This document shows, piece after piece, positions 19,479 to 29,338 of a DNA stretch of 64,000 bases (position 1 is its first letter; the number at the start of each line of letters is the position of its first letter). The stretch is taken from positions 1-64,000 of the forward strand of contig JBHLNS010000003.1 in NCBI GenBank assembly GCA_048941285.1, read 5' to 3'. A model generated the notes under the pieces. That model did not search any database and was not told where the DNA came from. It was given only the letters and a program-made list of their open reading frames with translations. A program made the translations under genes and the position numbers. The stretch comes from Promethearchaeota archaeon. GTDB lineage: Archaea > Asgardarchaeota > Lokiarchaeia > Sigyniarchaeales > SOKP01.

Positions 19479-20753
19479 TTGGTAATAAATTTGCTAAATG
19501 ATATAAAGAATTTTCTTTTTAGTTTAAATCCGGATATAATAGTTCAAGCACCTTCACGGATTAACTTAATCAATCCTTTAGATGCTGTAGAGGGGGATTT
19601 TTGGATGCCATCTGTAGCTATAAATGGGCTAAAAAACCCTCTATCTGTATTTTTATATATCAAAAAAAGTGAAGGAGATAGCCGATTAAAAGTATATAAT
19701 ATAAAAAAAATGAAACGCAGATATTTCTTTGAAGTAGGAAGTGAGGAAATTCTTTCAAAAAATATAAAGGATGTCAAATCTAAACTTAAAGGACAAAATA
19801 AACTGATTTATGCTAGCATTTATAGATTTTGTAAAATGAGTTCCCATTTTAAAAATTCTTTTTTAAAATCAAATATTGAAATTGGATTAATGACCACCAT
19901 TCCTGAAAAAAGCGGTCTCGGTGGGAGTGCGGCTATAATAATTGCTGTGATCTTTGGATTAGCTCAATTTTTTGATTTATATAATAATATTTTAAAGTTA
20001 AAAAAAAATGAATTCCCAATAAATAAAGATATTATAGCAGAAATGGCCACAAAAATAGAGGATGAAGATTTAAAAATTACCGCAGGGTATGGAGACAGAT
20101 ATGTAATAAGTAGAGGAGGTCTAAGTTTTTGTTCCTATTATGGAAAACTCTATCATAAAAACATAGCAAAAGAGCCACTAGCTATCTACGATAGAATCGA
20201 TGATACATATGAACTAAATGAGATTCCGATAATCATATGTTATTCTGGAGTGCATCATGAGAGTGGAGATGTACACCGTAAATTAAGAGAAATTTATTTG
20301 AAAAATGAACCACTCTTTTTAAATAGTTATAAAAAGTTGGCAGAAATTGCTTGGAAATCTAGATTTGCATTAATGGGACATGATTGGCCTAAACTAGGAA
20401 AATATTTCAAAGAAAATACAAGAATTATGAACTCTTTAATGGAAGAAGCTGGATTTGAATATGGAATTGGATTAGTAAATAATATTTTAATAAAGGTAAT
20501 AGAAGACCATCCAGATGTCTATGCTGCTAAATTAACAGGCGCAGGAGGAGGTGGGTCTGTTTTTGCTCTAGTTAATCCAAAGAGTATAAAAGTAATCGTA
20601 AAATATTGGCAAGATAAGTTAAATGAATTAGTCAATGATAAAGTTATCTTTGCATCAAAATTTTCATCATATCCCATAGAGATAATGAATAAATTAAGAA
20701 GTACTCAATTTTATCTAATAAAAATTGATAAGAATGGAGTGAAAAAGTTATAA
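19479..20753 (+). CDS. GHMP-family sugar kinase (HddA/glucuronokinase-like)
   Basis: APSRINL, PEKSGLGGSAA, AKLTGAGGGGS. Confidence 0.88.
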   Translation: MVINLLNDIKNFLFSLNPDIIVQAPSRINLINPLDAVEGDFWMPSVAINGLKNPLSVFLYIKKSEGDSRLKVYNIKKMKRRYFFEVGSEEILSKNIKDVKSKLKGQNKLIYASIYRFCKMSSHFKNSFLKSNIEIGLMTTIPEKSGLGGSAAIIIAVIFGLAQFFDLYNNILKLKKNEFPINKDIIAEMATKIEDEDLKITAGYGDRYVISRGGLSFCSYYGKLYHKNIAKEPLAIYDRIDDTYELNEIPIIICYSGVHHESGDVHRKLREIYLKNEPLFLNSYKKLAEIAWKSRFALMGHDWPKLGKYFKENTRIMNSLMEEAGFEYGIGLVNNILIKVIEDHPDVYAAKLTGAGGGGSVFALVNPKSIKVIVKYWQDKLNELVNDKVIFASKFSSYPIEIMNKLRSTQFYLIKIDKNGVKKL

Positions 20754-20795
20754 TTCATTAAAAATTATATAATTCAAATTTTTTGGAGATTTAAA

Positions 20796-20972
20796 TTGAG
20801 TAAATTCGAAAGATATTCAAAAAAAGCTGAAATTTATATATACCCTCATAAACATTGTAAAAAATGCGGAGAAATGATCACTGAGGCTTTTACTTATTGT
20901 GATAAATGTTATACTAGTTTAAAAGAAAAGAAAAAAAGAAGATTATTTAGAAGAAAGAGTAAAGAATCCTAA
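20796..20972 (+). CDS. Small Zn-ribbon protein (DUF2116-like; not in ORF track)
   Basis: GGAG then TTG: MSKFERYSKKAEIYIYPHKHCKKCGEMITEAFTYCDKCYTSLKEKKKRRLFRRKSKES*. Confidence 0.8.
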   Translation: MSKFERYSKKAEIYIYPHKHCKKCGEMITEAFTYCDKCYTSLKEKKKRRLFRRKSKES

Positions 20973-21009
20973 TTAAATATCTGTATATTTTAAATTTCAA
21001 ATTAAAAAA

Positions 21010-22716
21010 CTAGAGATTCAATCTCTCTAATAACCAATCTTTATCTAATAAAGCCAAAAAAGGGCCTAGGCGTGGACCACTTTTCTTACCTAAAATTATT
21101 TGATAAATTATTTCAAATAATTTTCTCGGAGGGATATTTACTTCATTTTTTGCTATAGAAAAAATCTTATTTTGAATTGTATTGGCATCTAAATCATCAT
21201 TTTTTACAAAATAATCTCTTAAAAGATGGACCGCTTTAATTTGATTATTATCCATTTTACCCAATATTTTTTCATCTACTTCCTTGGGAATCGTAAAAAA
21301 CTCTAACTTGCTAGTTATATCTTTTTTAATTTTAGGATCTTTTTCAGTGTCCAATATTTTTTTTACTTCTTCAATCCAATTACTTGTTTGGGAAAGTAAC
21401 GCGTTGAATTCTTGTATAGTTATTACATTACTGAAATTATGGTTCTTCATATAGGATTTTGTTTTTTTGTAGAGTTTCTCTAAACTTAAAATATTTTGAA
21501 TTTGGGCTAGAAATATTAGAAGCTTTAAAGGAATTCTATTTAACTTTATTTTAGGAATATCAGTTATTTGGGTTAATGGAAATATATATTTTAAAAAATT
21601 ATATTCCTCATTATCTTCAGACTTTTCTAAGTCATAATAAATATCTTCCATTCTTTCATAATAATCATAATATTGGGGAATTTCCTCAATCCTAAAAGTA
21701 ATGTGTTTTAATGGATTAGTTCTTAAGATTATTGTCCTATATATTCTAGGATCAGCAATTTTTAAATAATTCTTTGGAGTAAATACGTATCCTCTAGATG
21801 TCCCCATATCTTGGTCACCTAATCTTATAAATTCATAGGGTACTTTAACAGGACCTACATAATCATATATTTTTTGGCATAATTCAATTCCTGTATCATA
21901 AGCACCTCCTTTAACGCTATGGTCTTTACCTGCTGGTTCACATGTAGTTTTAAACAAAGCCCATTTAGCAGGCCAATCCACACGCCAATTTAGTTTTAAT
22001 CTCCCACTCCAAATAGAAATTTTTGCTTTATATCCGCATGCTTCACACTCATATGATACGGTTTCATCGTTTGGAAAATATTCTTTTATTCTATTGGGCT
22101 TAATAGATCCTTCTCTATCTCGATGTTGAATTCTATTACAATTTTCACATATAGCCATAACAGGCATCCAATCTTTCTGCATTTCAATGAATTCTGCTTT
22201 ATCCTCTTCTTTCAATGTAGGAATTATGTACTTTCTTAATATTTTTTTAATTTTTTCAGTGTTTTCTAAGGCAATTTTGATTTTTTCTTGCATTTCTTTG
22301 GTTTTATATAATTCATGTGTCCAAATTATTCTAATTTTAATTCCAAAATCAGGAAATACTCCTAATAATTCATTCCCAAAATGGTGAGCATAACTCTCAC
22401 ATTTACAATTATCGTAAGGACATGGAATCATGGCAAAAGGCTTCCCTAGGTGTTTAGTTTGAAATTTCTTGTCGATATATGGAGGAAACCGTTTAGCTGC
22501 ATCCAAACTGTCAAAAAATAATAGGTTATTAACAATTTTATTATCTTTTTCAAAAATTCTTCTTAAAGCATCACAAATTATTATTTCCCTTAATATTCCT
22601 AGATGGATGTGACCTGAAGGAGTTTTACCTGTTGATAGAGTGATTTCATTAGGTTTACGTATATTAATTTCTTTGATAATTTCTTCAAGCCAATGAGTTG
22701 AAAAATCTTTATTCAA
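21010..22716 (-). CDS. lysS: Lysyl-tRNA synthetase class I
   Basis: TPSGHIHLG (HIGH-like), KLNWRVDWPAKW, EPAGKDH, SGPRLG. Confidence 0.97.
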   Translation of the reverse strand: MNKDFSTHWLEEIIKEINIRKPNEITLSTGKTPSGHIHLGILREIIICDALRRIFEKDNKIVNNLLFFDSLDAAKRFPPYIDKKFQTKHLGKPFAMIPCPYDNCKCESYAHHFGNELLGVFPDFGIKIRIIWTHELYKTKEMQEKIKIALENTEKIKKILRKYIIPTLKEEDKAEFIEMQKDWMPVMAICENCNRIQHRDREGSIKPNRIKEYFPNDETVSYECEACGYKAKISIWSGRLKLNWRVDWPAKWALFKTTCEPAGKDHSVKGGAYDTGIELCQKIYDYVGPVKVPYEFIRLGDQDMGTSRGYVFTPKNYLKIADPRIYRTIILRTNPLKHITFRIEEIPQYYDYYERMEDIYYDLEKSEDNEEYNFLKYIFPLTQITDIPKIKLNRIPLKLLIFLAQIQNILSLEKLYKKTKSYMKNHNFSNVITIQEFNALLSQTSNWIEEVKKILDTEKDPKIKKDITSKLEFFTIPKEVDEKILGKMDNNQIKAVHLLRDYFVKNDDLDANTIQNKIFSIAKNEVNIPPRKLFEIIYQIILGKKSGPRLGPFLALLDKDWLLERLNL

Positions 22717-22843
22717 AATCTGTTCACTAAAACACTATTTCTTTAATGAGGTAATATTTTCTATTACAAAAATTTTTCTATTATGCTTAATTGTATATTT
22801 AACGGAAATATATCATATTTTTTATTTTTACTTTTGCTTAAAA

Positions 22844-24688
22844 GTGAATTTCATAATGAGAATTGCTGTTTTAAATAAGGATTTCTGCAAACCTGATAAA
22901 TGTAGCCCTTTTGGAGAGAAACCATGTATAAAATACTGCCCAAGAGTAAGAACGGGAGATAAAACAATAGTTTTGAGCCCAGATGAGAAATCTGTTATAA
23001 TAACAGAAAGTTTATGCTCTGGAGAGGGTATTTGTATTAAAAAATGTCCTTTTAAAGCTATTAGCATTGTAAATTTGCCGGATCCTTTGGAAAATCAAAT
23101 GACATATAGATATGGAAAAGATCAATTTTCGTTATTTCGAATTGCAATCCCGAAGAAGGGAAAAGTTCTCGGAATCATAGGACAAAACGGTATTGGGAAA
23201 AGTACTTTATTAAAATTACTTTCAAATGAATTAAAAATTAATTTTGGTAGATTTGGTGAAGATACACCAGATTGGAAAGAAATAATTGAACGTTATAAAG
23301 GCTCTGAACTTCATCAATATCTCGCTGAACTTAAAGATGGTAAACTTAAGATTATACATAAACCTCAAAACATCACTGTGATTCCTAAATTTGTTTCTGG
23401 GAAGGTAATAGAACTTTTAGAGAAAAATGATGAAGAAAAACAGCTAGAATTTATATCCGAAAAACTTAATCTTAGTGAGATATTACAAAGAGATATTTCC
23501 ATATTATCTGGAGGAGAACTGCAAAGAGTTGCTATTGCTGCTGCTTACCTCAAAAATGGAGATATTTATTTGTTTGATGAACCAAGCTCATACTTGGATG
23601 TAAGTGAGCGAATCAATATGGCAAAATTAATTCGAACTTTATCAGAAAAAAATAAGACTATAATTGTCGTTGAACATGATCTTGCTATTTTAGATTATTT
23701 GAGTGATTATGTTTCGATTTTATACGGACAACCTGGTGTATATGGAATAATCTCCCATCCTCAGGGTGTTAGAGTTGGTATCAATATTTATTTAAATGGA
23801 TATATAAAGGATGAAAATGTTAGATTTAGGGAAGAACCTATTATTTTTCATGAACGCCCGCCCCAAGAATCACTATTCAGTTCTGGAGATCTTATTTTTG
23901 CTTATGATGATATTAAAATTGCGTTAGGGACATTTCATTTAGATGCTTCTGGAAGTGAAATTCATGCTGGTGAAATAATTGGGATTTTAGGCCCAAATGG
24001 AATTGGAAAAACTACTTTTATTAACACTATAGCGAATAAAATAAATAATGATAATACTAGTATAATTGATGATACTGATCTTTTTCATAAAGATTTATCC
24101 CATAAATTACAAGTTTCAATAAAACCCCAGTATATTAAAATTGAAGAAGAAGGCCAGGTTTCTAATCTTATTACAAAAATTAAATTAGCTCCCCATTTGA
24201 GTCAATCTTATAAAAATAGATTAATTAATTATTTAAACTTAGAAAATATAAAAGAACGAAATCTTTCAGAATTAAGTGGGGGTGAGTTACAGCGAATTGC
24301 AATTGCGAAATGTCTTTCTAATGAGGCAGACATTTATTTATTTGATGAACCTTCAGCATTTTTAGATGTCGAAATGAGATTACAGGTCGCTCAATTGATA
24401 AGAAAATCTATTGAAGAATTAAAAAAATCAGGATTCGTTGTTGAACATGATATCATAACGCAAGACTTCATCGCTGATTCAATATTGGTATTTGAAGGAA
24501 TTCCTGGAATAGAAGGAACGGCTTTACCACCTCAAAACTTAAGAGATGGGTTTAATACATTTTTAAAAGTTATGGGGATCACCTTTAGGAGAGATTCTAT
24601 TACGAAAAGACCTCGGGTAAATAAATTAGGAAGCAATAAGGATGTGTATCAAAAACGGATAAATGAATATTATTACATCCCCAAGTAA
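22844..24688 (+). CDS. rli: ABCE1/RLI ribosome recycling ATPase
   Basis: MRIAV...Fe-S domain, two NBDs (GQNGIGKST, GPNGIGKTT, LSGGELQR), TFRRD...RPRVNK. Confidence 0.97.
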   Translation: MNFIMRIAVLNKDFCKPDKCSPFGEKPCIKYCPRVRTGDKTIVLSPDEKSVIITESLCSGEGICIKKCPFKAISIVNLPDPLENQMTYRYGKDQFSLFRIAIPKKGKVLGIIGQNGIGKSTLLKLLSNELKINFGRFGEDTPDWKEIIERYKGSELHQYLAELKDGKLKIIHKPQNITVIPKFVSGKVIELLEKNDEEKQLEFISEKLNLSEILQRDISILSGGELQRVAIAAAYLKNGDIYLFDEPSSYLDVSERINMAKLIRTLSEKNKTIIVVEHDLAILDYLSDYVSILYGQPGVYGIISHPQGVRVGINIYLNGYIKDENVRFREEPIIFHERPPQESLFSSGDLIFAYDDIKIALGTFHLDASGSEIHAGEIIGILGPNGIGKTTFINTIANKINNDNTSIIDDTDLFHKDLSHKLQVSIKPQYIKIEEEGQVSNLITKIKLAPHLSQSYKNRLINYLNLENIKERNLSELSGGELQRIAIAKCLSNEADIYLFDEPSAFLDVEMRLQVAQLIRKSIEELKKSGFVVEHDIITQDFIADSILVFEGIPGIEGTALPPQNLRDGFNTFLKVMGITFRRDSITKRPRVNKLGSNKDVYQKRINEYYYIPK

Positions 24689-24998
24689 GTTTATTAAAAA
24701 TATGATATTTTTATTTAAATGTTTTCTAATCATTAACTATTTTTTATACTCCTTAATTTCGACTGGAAATTTTTTATTAAATCGACTTAAATCAGACAAT
24801 TCTAGCTTATTTAGTTTTTAATAATATTATTTAAATAATTTAAAAGAATAAATAACTGGGCCCTATTCTAAAATTTATTAGATAACCTAACTATACTATT
24901 CAAAATTTAAGTTTGCAGTGGAAAACTAGGAGTCTAATATATTAATATTATTTAATTAACAATTTATAGAATACTAAAGAATACAAAAAAAAAAAAAT

Positions 24999-25253
24999 TT
25001 AATCTTTAAATTTCCAAAAAATGAGTGGCCTTCCTCTTTTTCCATCATTACGAGAAAATTTTTCAATTAATTTCCTTTTTTGGAGTTTTATTAAATTATC
25101 ATAGATGGTTGTTCTCGGAATTCTTAATTCCTTAACTAAATCTCGTCTTGTTAATGGGCCATCATCTTTCAAAGTTTTGATTAAATTAAATTGAATAGGT
25201 GATAAAAAATCTTTAGTTTCATGATAATTTTCTATTGTGGTTTTGTTAGCCAT
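24999..25253 (-). CDS. TrmB-like winged-helix regulator
   Basis: PLTRRDLVKELRIPRTTIYDNL...KRGRP. Confidence 0.85.
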   Translation of the reverse strand: MANKTTIENYHETKDFLSPIQFNLIKTLKDDGPLTRRDLVKELRIPRTTIYDNLIKLQKRKLIEKFSRNDGKRGRPLIFWKFKD

Positions 25254-25465
25254 TTAAAATTCCTCCACTCTTAAATTAGATTTAAAAACGACAATTTTAC
25301 GACGATTTAATTTTTTATATGAAAAATTTTATTCTTATAATCTAGTAAGTTCTATCTAATATATAAATGATGCTTATTTATGCATTATTATCATCAATTA
25401 ACATAAGATTTAAAAATGAATGTTTTTCTATAAATATTGTAGAATTACTTATTTTAAATAATAAA

Positions 25466-25834
25466 ATGACAGAGACTACAAGAACGACAGTTACGCTAAA
25501 TAAGAGTTATATGAAATTAATTGAAGAATTAGTAGACGTATTTGGGCCAACAAGAGCGCAAGTAATTAGTAATATTGTTGAATATTTTTTTAATGATAGT
25601 AAAAATGATTCACTTCTAGAAAAACTAAGAACCAGGAAGACAAAAGAAAAAATTCCTGAGAAAGTAGAACTTGATAATAGGATTAGAAAATATTTGAAAA
25701 GAGCAGACAAAATTCCATTTAACGTGTTTATAGAACATTTAAAATTAGATAACGAATTCGTGATAAATAATCTAGATGAATGGGGAGAAAAATATAATTT
25801 TAGGCTAATTGATAATAAAATAGTTAAAGAATAG
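25466..25834 (+). CDS. Ribbon-helix-helix protein with C-terminal domain
   Basis: MTETTRTTVTL...IEELV...PTRAQVI RHH pattern; start moved to ATG 25466. Confidence 0.7.
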   Translation: MTETTRTTVTLNKSYMKLIEELVDVFGPTRAQVISNIVEYFFNDSKNDSLLEKLRTRKTKEKIPEKVELDNRIRKYLKRADKIPFNVFIEHLKLDNEFVINNLDEWGEKYNFRLIDNKIVKE

Positions 25835-25872
25835 TATAAATTAATCTTATTACTCAAAAATCATTTACGAAT

Positions 25873-26073
25873 TTACCCAAACAAATTGAAAAAGTCATTA
25901 GATAATCCTACTGTCCAATCTAACAATGAAGTTACTACACCTATTATAATGAAGAATATAAATAAAGCAAATCCAACTAATAGAGCATACTCGATAAAAC
26001 TGCCACCATATTCATCTGAGATGAATTCTTTAATTTTTGATCGAAATCTTTTAATAAAACTTTTAATATTCAT
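25873..26073 (-). CDS. Flp/Fap-like type IV pilin
   Basis: FISDEYG/GSFIEYALLVG: class III cleavage site, E+5 and Y+6 Flp motif, hydrophobic helix, 66 aa. Confidence 0.82.
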   Translation of the reverse strand: MNIKSFIKRFRSKIKEFISDEYGGSFIEYALLVGFALFIFFIIIGVVTSLLDWTVGLSNDFFNLFG

Positions 26074-26140
26074 TCTAAGTTATTTTATCAGACACTTTTA
26101 TAAACTCAACTAATTTTAAATTAAAATTGAAATGAGTTAT

Positions 26141-26554
26141 TTAACTCTCTAAGATTTCATAAATTTTCGCTAGGTCTTTTTCTGATGCTTGTGTTCTCGG
26201 TATTTGAATTTGAAATTTATTATCATCGAATTTTCTTGGAATTATGTGAACATGAAAATGTTTGATCACTTGACCCGCTGCAATAAAATTATTTTGAAGT
26301 ATATTATATCCATCTACATTTAGAGCTTTACGAATTCTAATTGCCAAGAGCTTTGCTACTTTATAAACTTCACTAAGATCATTATCTGATATGTCCTCTA
26401 AATTTGAGTAATGATTCTTTGGAATAATAATAGTATGACCATTAGAAATTGGAGAAATATCTAAAAAGGCAAGAGTAAAATCATTTTCAAATATAATCTT
26501 TGAAGGGATTTCTCTAATCACTATTTTACAAAAGATACAATCTTTTTCTTTCAT
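26141..26554 (-). CDS. hit: HIT family nucleotide hydrolase
   Basis: DCIFCKI, GHTIIIPK, AGQVIKHFHVHIIPR. Confidence 0.95.
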   Translation of the reverse strand: MKEKDCIFCKIVIREIPSKIIFENDFTLAFLDISPISNGHTIIIPKNHYSNLEDISDNDLSEVYKVAKLLAIRIRKALNVDGYNILQNNFIAAGQVIKHFHVHIIPRKFDDNKFQIQIPRTQASEKDLAKIYEILES

Positions 26555-26685
26555 GTTTTTTAATCTTTTTTTTAGTTTAAGATATTTTTAATTTAATTTA
26601 AATATTTAAATTTAAAATTAAAAAATCTGTACTCAGTTTTATCATATTAAAACACTCAAACTTTTCCTATTTGCACTCAAATTAA

Positions 26686-27510
26686 GTGATTAGAATGTTA
26701 TTTCAAGAATTAAGAGATTTATTAACGAATAAATTATCTCCAAAAGTTTTTAGACTAAACTCAGAGATTTATGGATTACATTTTGATAAAGTTGGATATG
26801 ATAAACATATAAAAAAGGTTATGTTAACAATAGATCTTAGTCTAGAAGCAATCCATTTTGCCTTAAAAAACAAAGTCGGTTTAATAATATCACATCATAG
26901 CTTAGTTAACAAACCAATAAAAAAGTTTAATCAAATTATAATAGATAAATTAACATTACTTTCTAAATACCCAATTTCGATATTTGTCCTAAACTCTTCA
27001 TTTATAGCGGCAGAAGGTGGAATTTCAGACACAATAGTCAATGTTCTTTATTTAAAGTTAGAAAATATACTAGATATTAAAAGTCAAGATGGACGAAGAA
27101 TCCCGATTGGCAGAATTTGCACATTACTTAACTATCCAAGCGAAAAAGTCCCATTTACTTTAGAAGATTTATTAAACCGGATAAAAAGGAATTTAAATTT
27201 AAAATCAGTTCCATTTGTAGGTGATCTTGGAAGAACAATAAAAAAATTATGTGTTATAGGAGGAGACATATCAAATTTTAAGCTTATTAAAAGAGCAATA
27301 AATCTTGGTTGTGATTCTTACATTTCAGGAAAGATTAATTACTTTGATGCAACAATTGCTAGAGATCTTGGGATAAATCTTATAGAAGTCTCACACTATA
27401 AAAATGAAATTATTGCGATGAAAAAATTGGGTCATTTTTTAAGTTTAGAGTTTCCTCAAGTTGATTTTGTTTTATTTGATTCTAAAGATCCTGTTAAAAC
27501 CTATATCTAA
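26686..27510 (+). CDS. NIF3/DUF34 family protein
   Basis: IKKVMLTIDL, LIISHH, IGRIC, SHYKNE. Confidence 0.85.
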   Translation: MIRMLFQELRDLLTNKLSPKVFRLNSEIYGLHFDKVGYDKHIKKVMLTIDLSLEAIHFALKNKVGLIISHHSLVNKPIKKFNQIIIDKLTLLSKYPISIFVLNSSFIAAEGGISDTIVNVLYLKLENILDIKSQDGRRIPIGRICTLLNYPSEKVPFTLEDLLNRIKRNLNLKSVPFVGDLGRTIKKLCVIGGDISNFKLIKRAINLGCDSYISGKINYFDATIARDLGINLIEVSHYKNEIIAMKKLGHFLSLEFPQVDFVLFDSKDPVKTYI

Positions 27511-27606
27511 ATATGCTAAATAAAAATTTAAATTTCTTAAGAAATAAATTGAATTTAAATAGTAAAAATTATACCTTATTTTTATAAGAATTTGAGTGAA
27601 TAATCA

Positions 27607-28188
27607 ATGCCGATATTAGAATATAATGGAAAAAAACCTAATATTAGTCCAAAAAGTTATGTGTCGCCAATGGCAACACTCATTGGAGAAGTAATCGTTA
27701 ATGACAATGTTATAATATGGCCTGGCGCAATTATAAGGGCAGAAAATTCACCAATTAATATCGGTGAGTATACAACTATTTTCGATGGTGTAATGATGTT
27801 TACACGTTCTCAAAAAAGTTCTATTAATATAGGGAGATATTGTATAATTGAATCAGGAGTTACACTTTTAGGTTGTTTTTTAGAAGATTATGTCCAGATA
27901 AAAGAAGGAACATTAATATATGATGAGGCATCAATAGGAGAAGGAGTAATCATCCTAAATCAAAGCCAAGTTCCGCCTGGCCTAACAATTCCTGCCCGAG
28001 TAGTAATGAGAGGAATTCCAGTTGAACCAGTAAGAGAACAAACGCGTAATGATGTACTTAAGCAAAAGGAAAAAGCTGAAAATTATGCTCAATTATTTAT
28101 GAAAATTAAAGATCACTTACCCAATGCTCAGAGTTACCTATTAACTTTACCAGATTTTATAAAAATATTGTTAAAGAAAGAAGATTAA
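27607..28188 (+). CDS. Gamma-carbonic-anhydrase-like left-handed beta-helix protein lacking Zn ligands
   Basis: P.I....YVSPMATLIGEV...IWPGAIIRA...INIG, GIP; the three His ligand positions are F/S/L. Confidence 0.85.
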   Translation: MPILEYNGKKPNISPKSYVSPMATLIGEVIVNDNVIIWPGAIIRAENSPINIGEYTTIFDGVMMFTRSQKSSINIGRYCIIESGVTLLGCFLEDYVQIKEGTLIYDEASIGEGVIILNQSQVPPGLTIPARVVMRGIPVEPVREQTRNDVLKQKEKAENYAQLFMKIKDHLPNAQSYLLTLPDFIKILLKKED

Positions 28189-28202
28189 AAAAAAATATTT
28201 AT

Positions 28203-29090
28203 TTAAACCATTATATTTAACATTTTTACAAGTTCTTTATATCTTGAACGAAGAGTTACTTCAGTTACACCAACTAGGTTGGCAATATCTTTCTGAGATA
28301 TCTTTTTATCTTTCTTTTTACATACTAAATATAGTGCTCCAGCGCATAAACCTTTTGGATCTTTTCCACTTGTAGAAAATTTAGATGTAAAATTTTGTAA
28401 AATCTTTATTGTTGCATTTTCTGCGTCAGCATCTAATTCCAGTTCTGCTATAAATCTTGGAATAAGAGAAATAGGATCTGTAGATGGGGCTTTTAAATTT
28501 AATTCTCTAATTAGCGTTCTATAGCATCTCCTCACATTCTTTGCACTTATTGAAGTTTGTTCTAATATTTCTTGTAATGTTCGTGGGATTTTTCTTTCCC
28601 TACAAGCAAAATACAAACACGCAGCCACCATTCCATTAATAGATCTACCACGTAGCAACTTCTTTTTAAAAGCATCTATATATAGCCGAATTGCTGCCTT
28701 TTTAACATGATTTGGCAAATTGAGATTACTTCCAATTCTTTTTAATTCTGTTGTGGCGATCAACATATTCCTCTTATCCCATGTCATGCGAGAATTCCAT
28801 TTAGCAGCTCTTTTTAAATCAGGGCTTTTAATATTTGCTTTATCGATAATCGTACTTAATCCCATATCTGGTAATAATATTGAAATTGGAGATCCAGTTC
28901 TTTCTCTACTTTCTTTTTCTTGTTTAGTAAAAGCTCTTTTCCCACTATGTGAAATATCAACAATTCTCTCGCTTATAACTAAACCACACTGTCCGCAGAC
29001 AGTTTCACCCTTCTCATGAAGTAAAATAATCTTACCCCCACATTCGGGGCATAAATTTGAAAAATTACTTAAATCTGATTCAACTTCCAT
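28203..29090 (-). CDS. tfb: Transcription initiation factor IIB (canonical TFB)
   Basis: CPECG...CGQCGLV, RERTGSP, LRGRSI, PRTLQEI, SGKDPKGL, VTEVTLRSRYKEL. Confidence 0.96.
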   Translation of the reverse strand: MEVESDLSNFSNLCPECGGKIILLHEKGETVCGQCGLVISERIVDISHSGKRAFTKQEKESRERTGSPISILLPDMGLSTIIDKANIKSPDLKRAAKWNSRMTWDKRNMLIATTELKRIGSNLNLPNHVKKAAIRLYIDAFKKKLLRGRSINGMVAACLYFACRERKIPRTLQEILEQTSISAKNVRRCYRTLIRELNLKAPSTDPISLIPRFIAELELDADAENATIKILQNFTSKFSTSGKDPKGLCAGALYLVCKKKDKKISQKDIANLVGVTEVTLRSRYKELVKMLNIMV

Positions 29091-29338
29091 AATATTAACC
29101 CTATTTTATTTTTAGAAGTATAAAAATTCCCAATATTCAACTATTGAAATTTTCCAAGCAAATTTTAACCCGTGTACCGAATAAAATATTGTTTTTAGAT
29201 TGAAAAACTATACGTGACTGAAACTCAAATATATTCTTTGATGCAAATAATATAAATATAAGTATATTATATAAATGTTTCGCTCAGAATCTGACTGTAT
29301 TCCGAATTTGTAATACAATTTTCGTAAAAATTAGTTTT

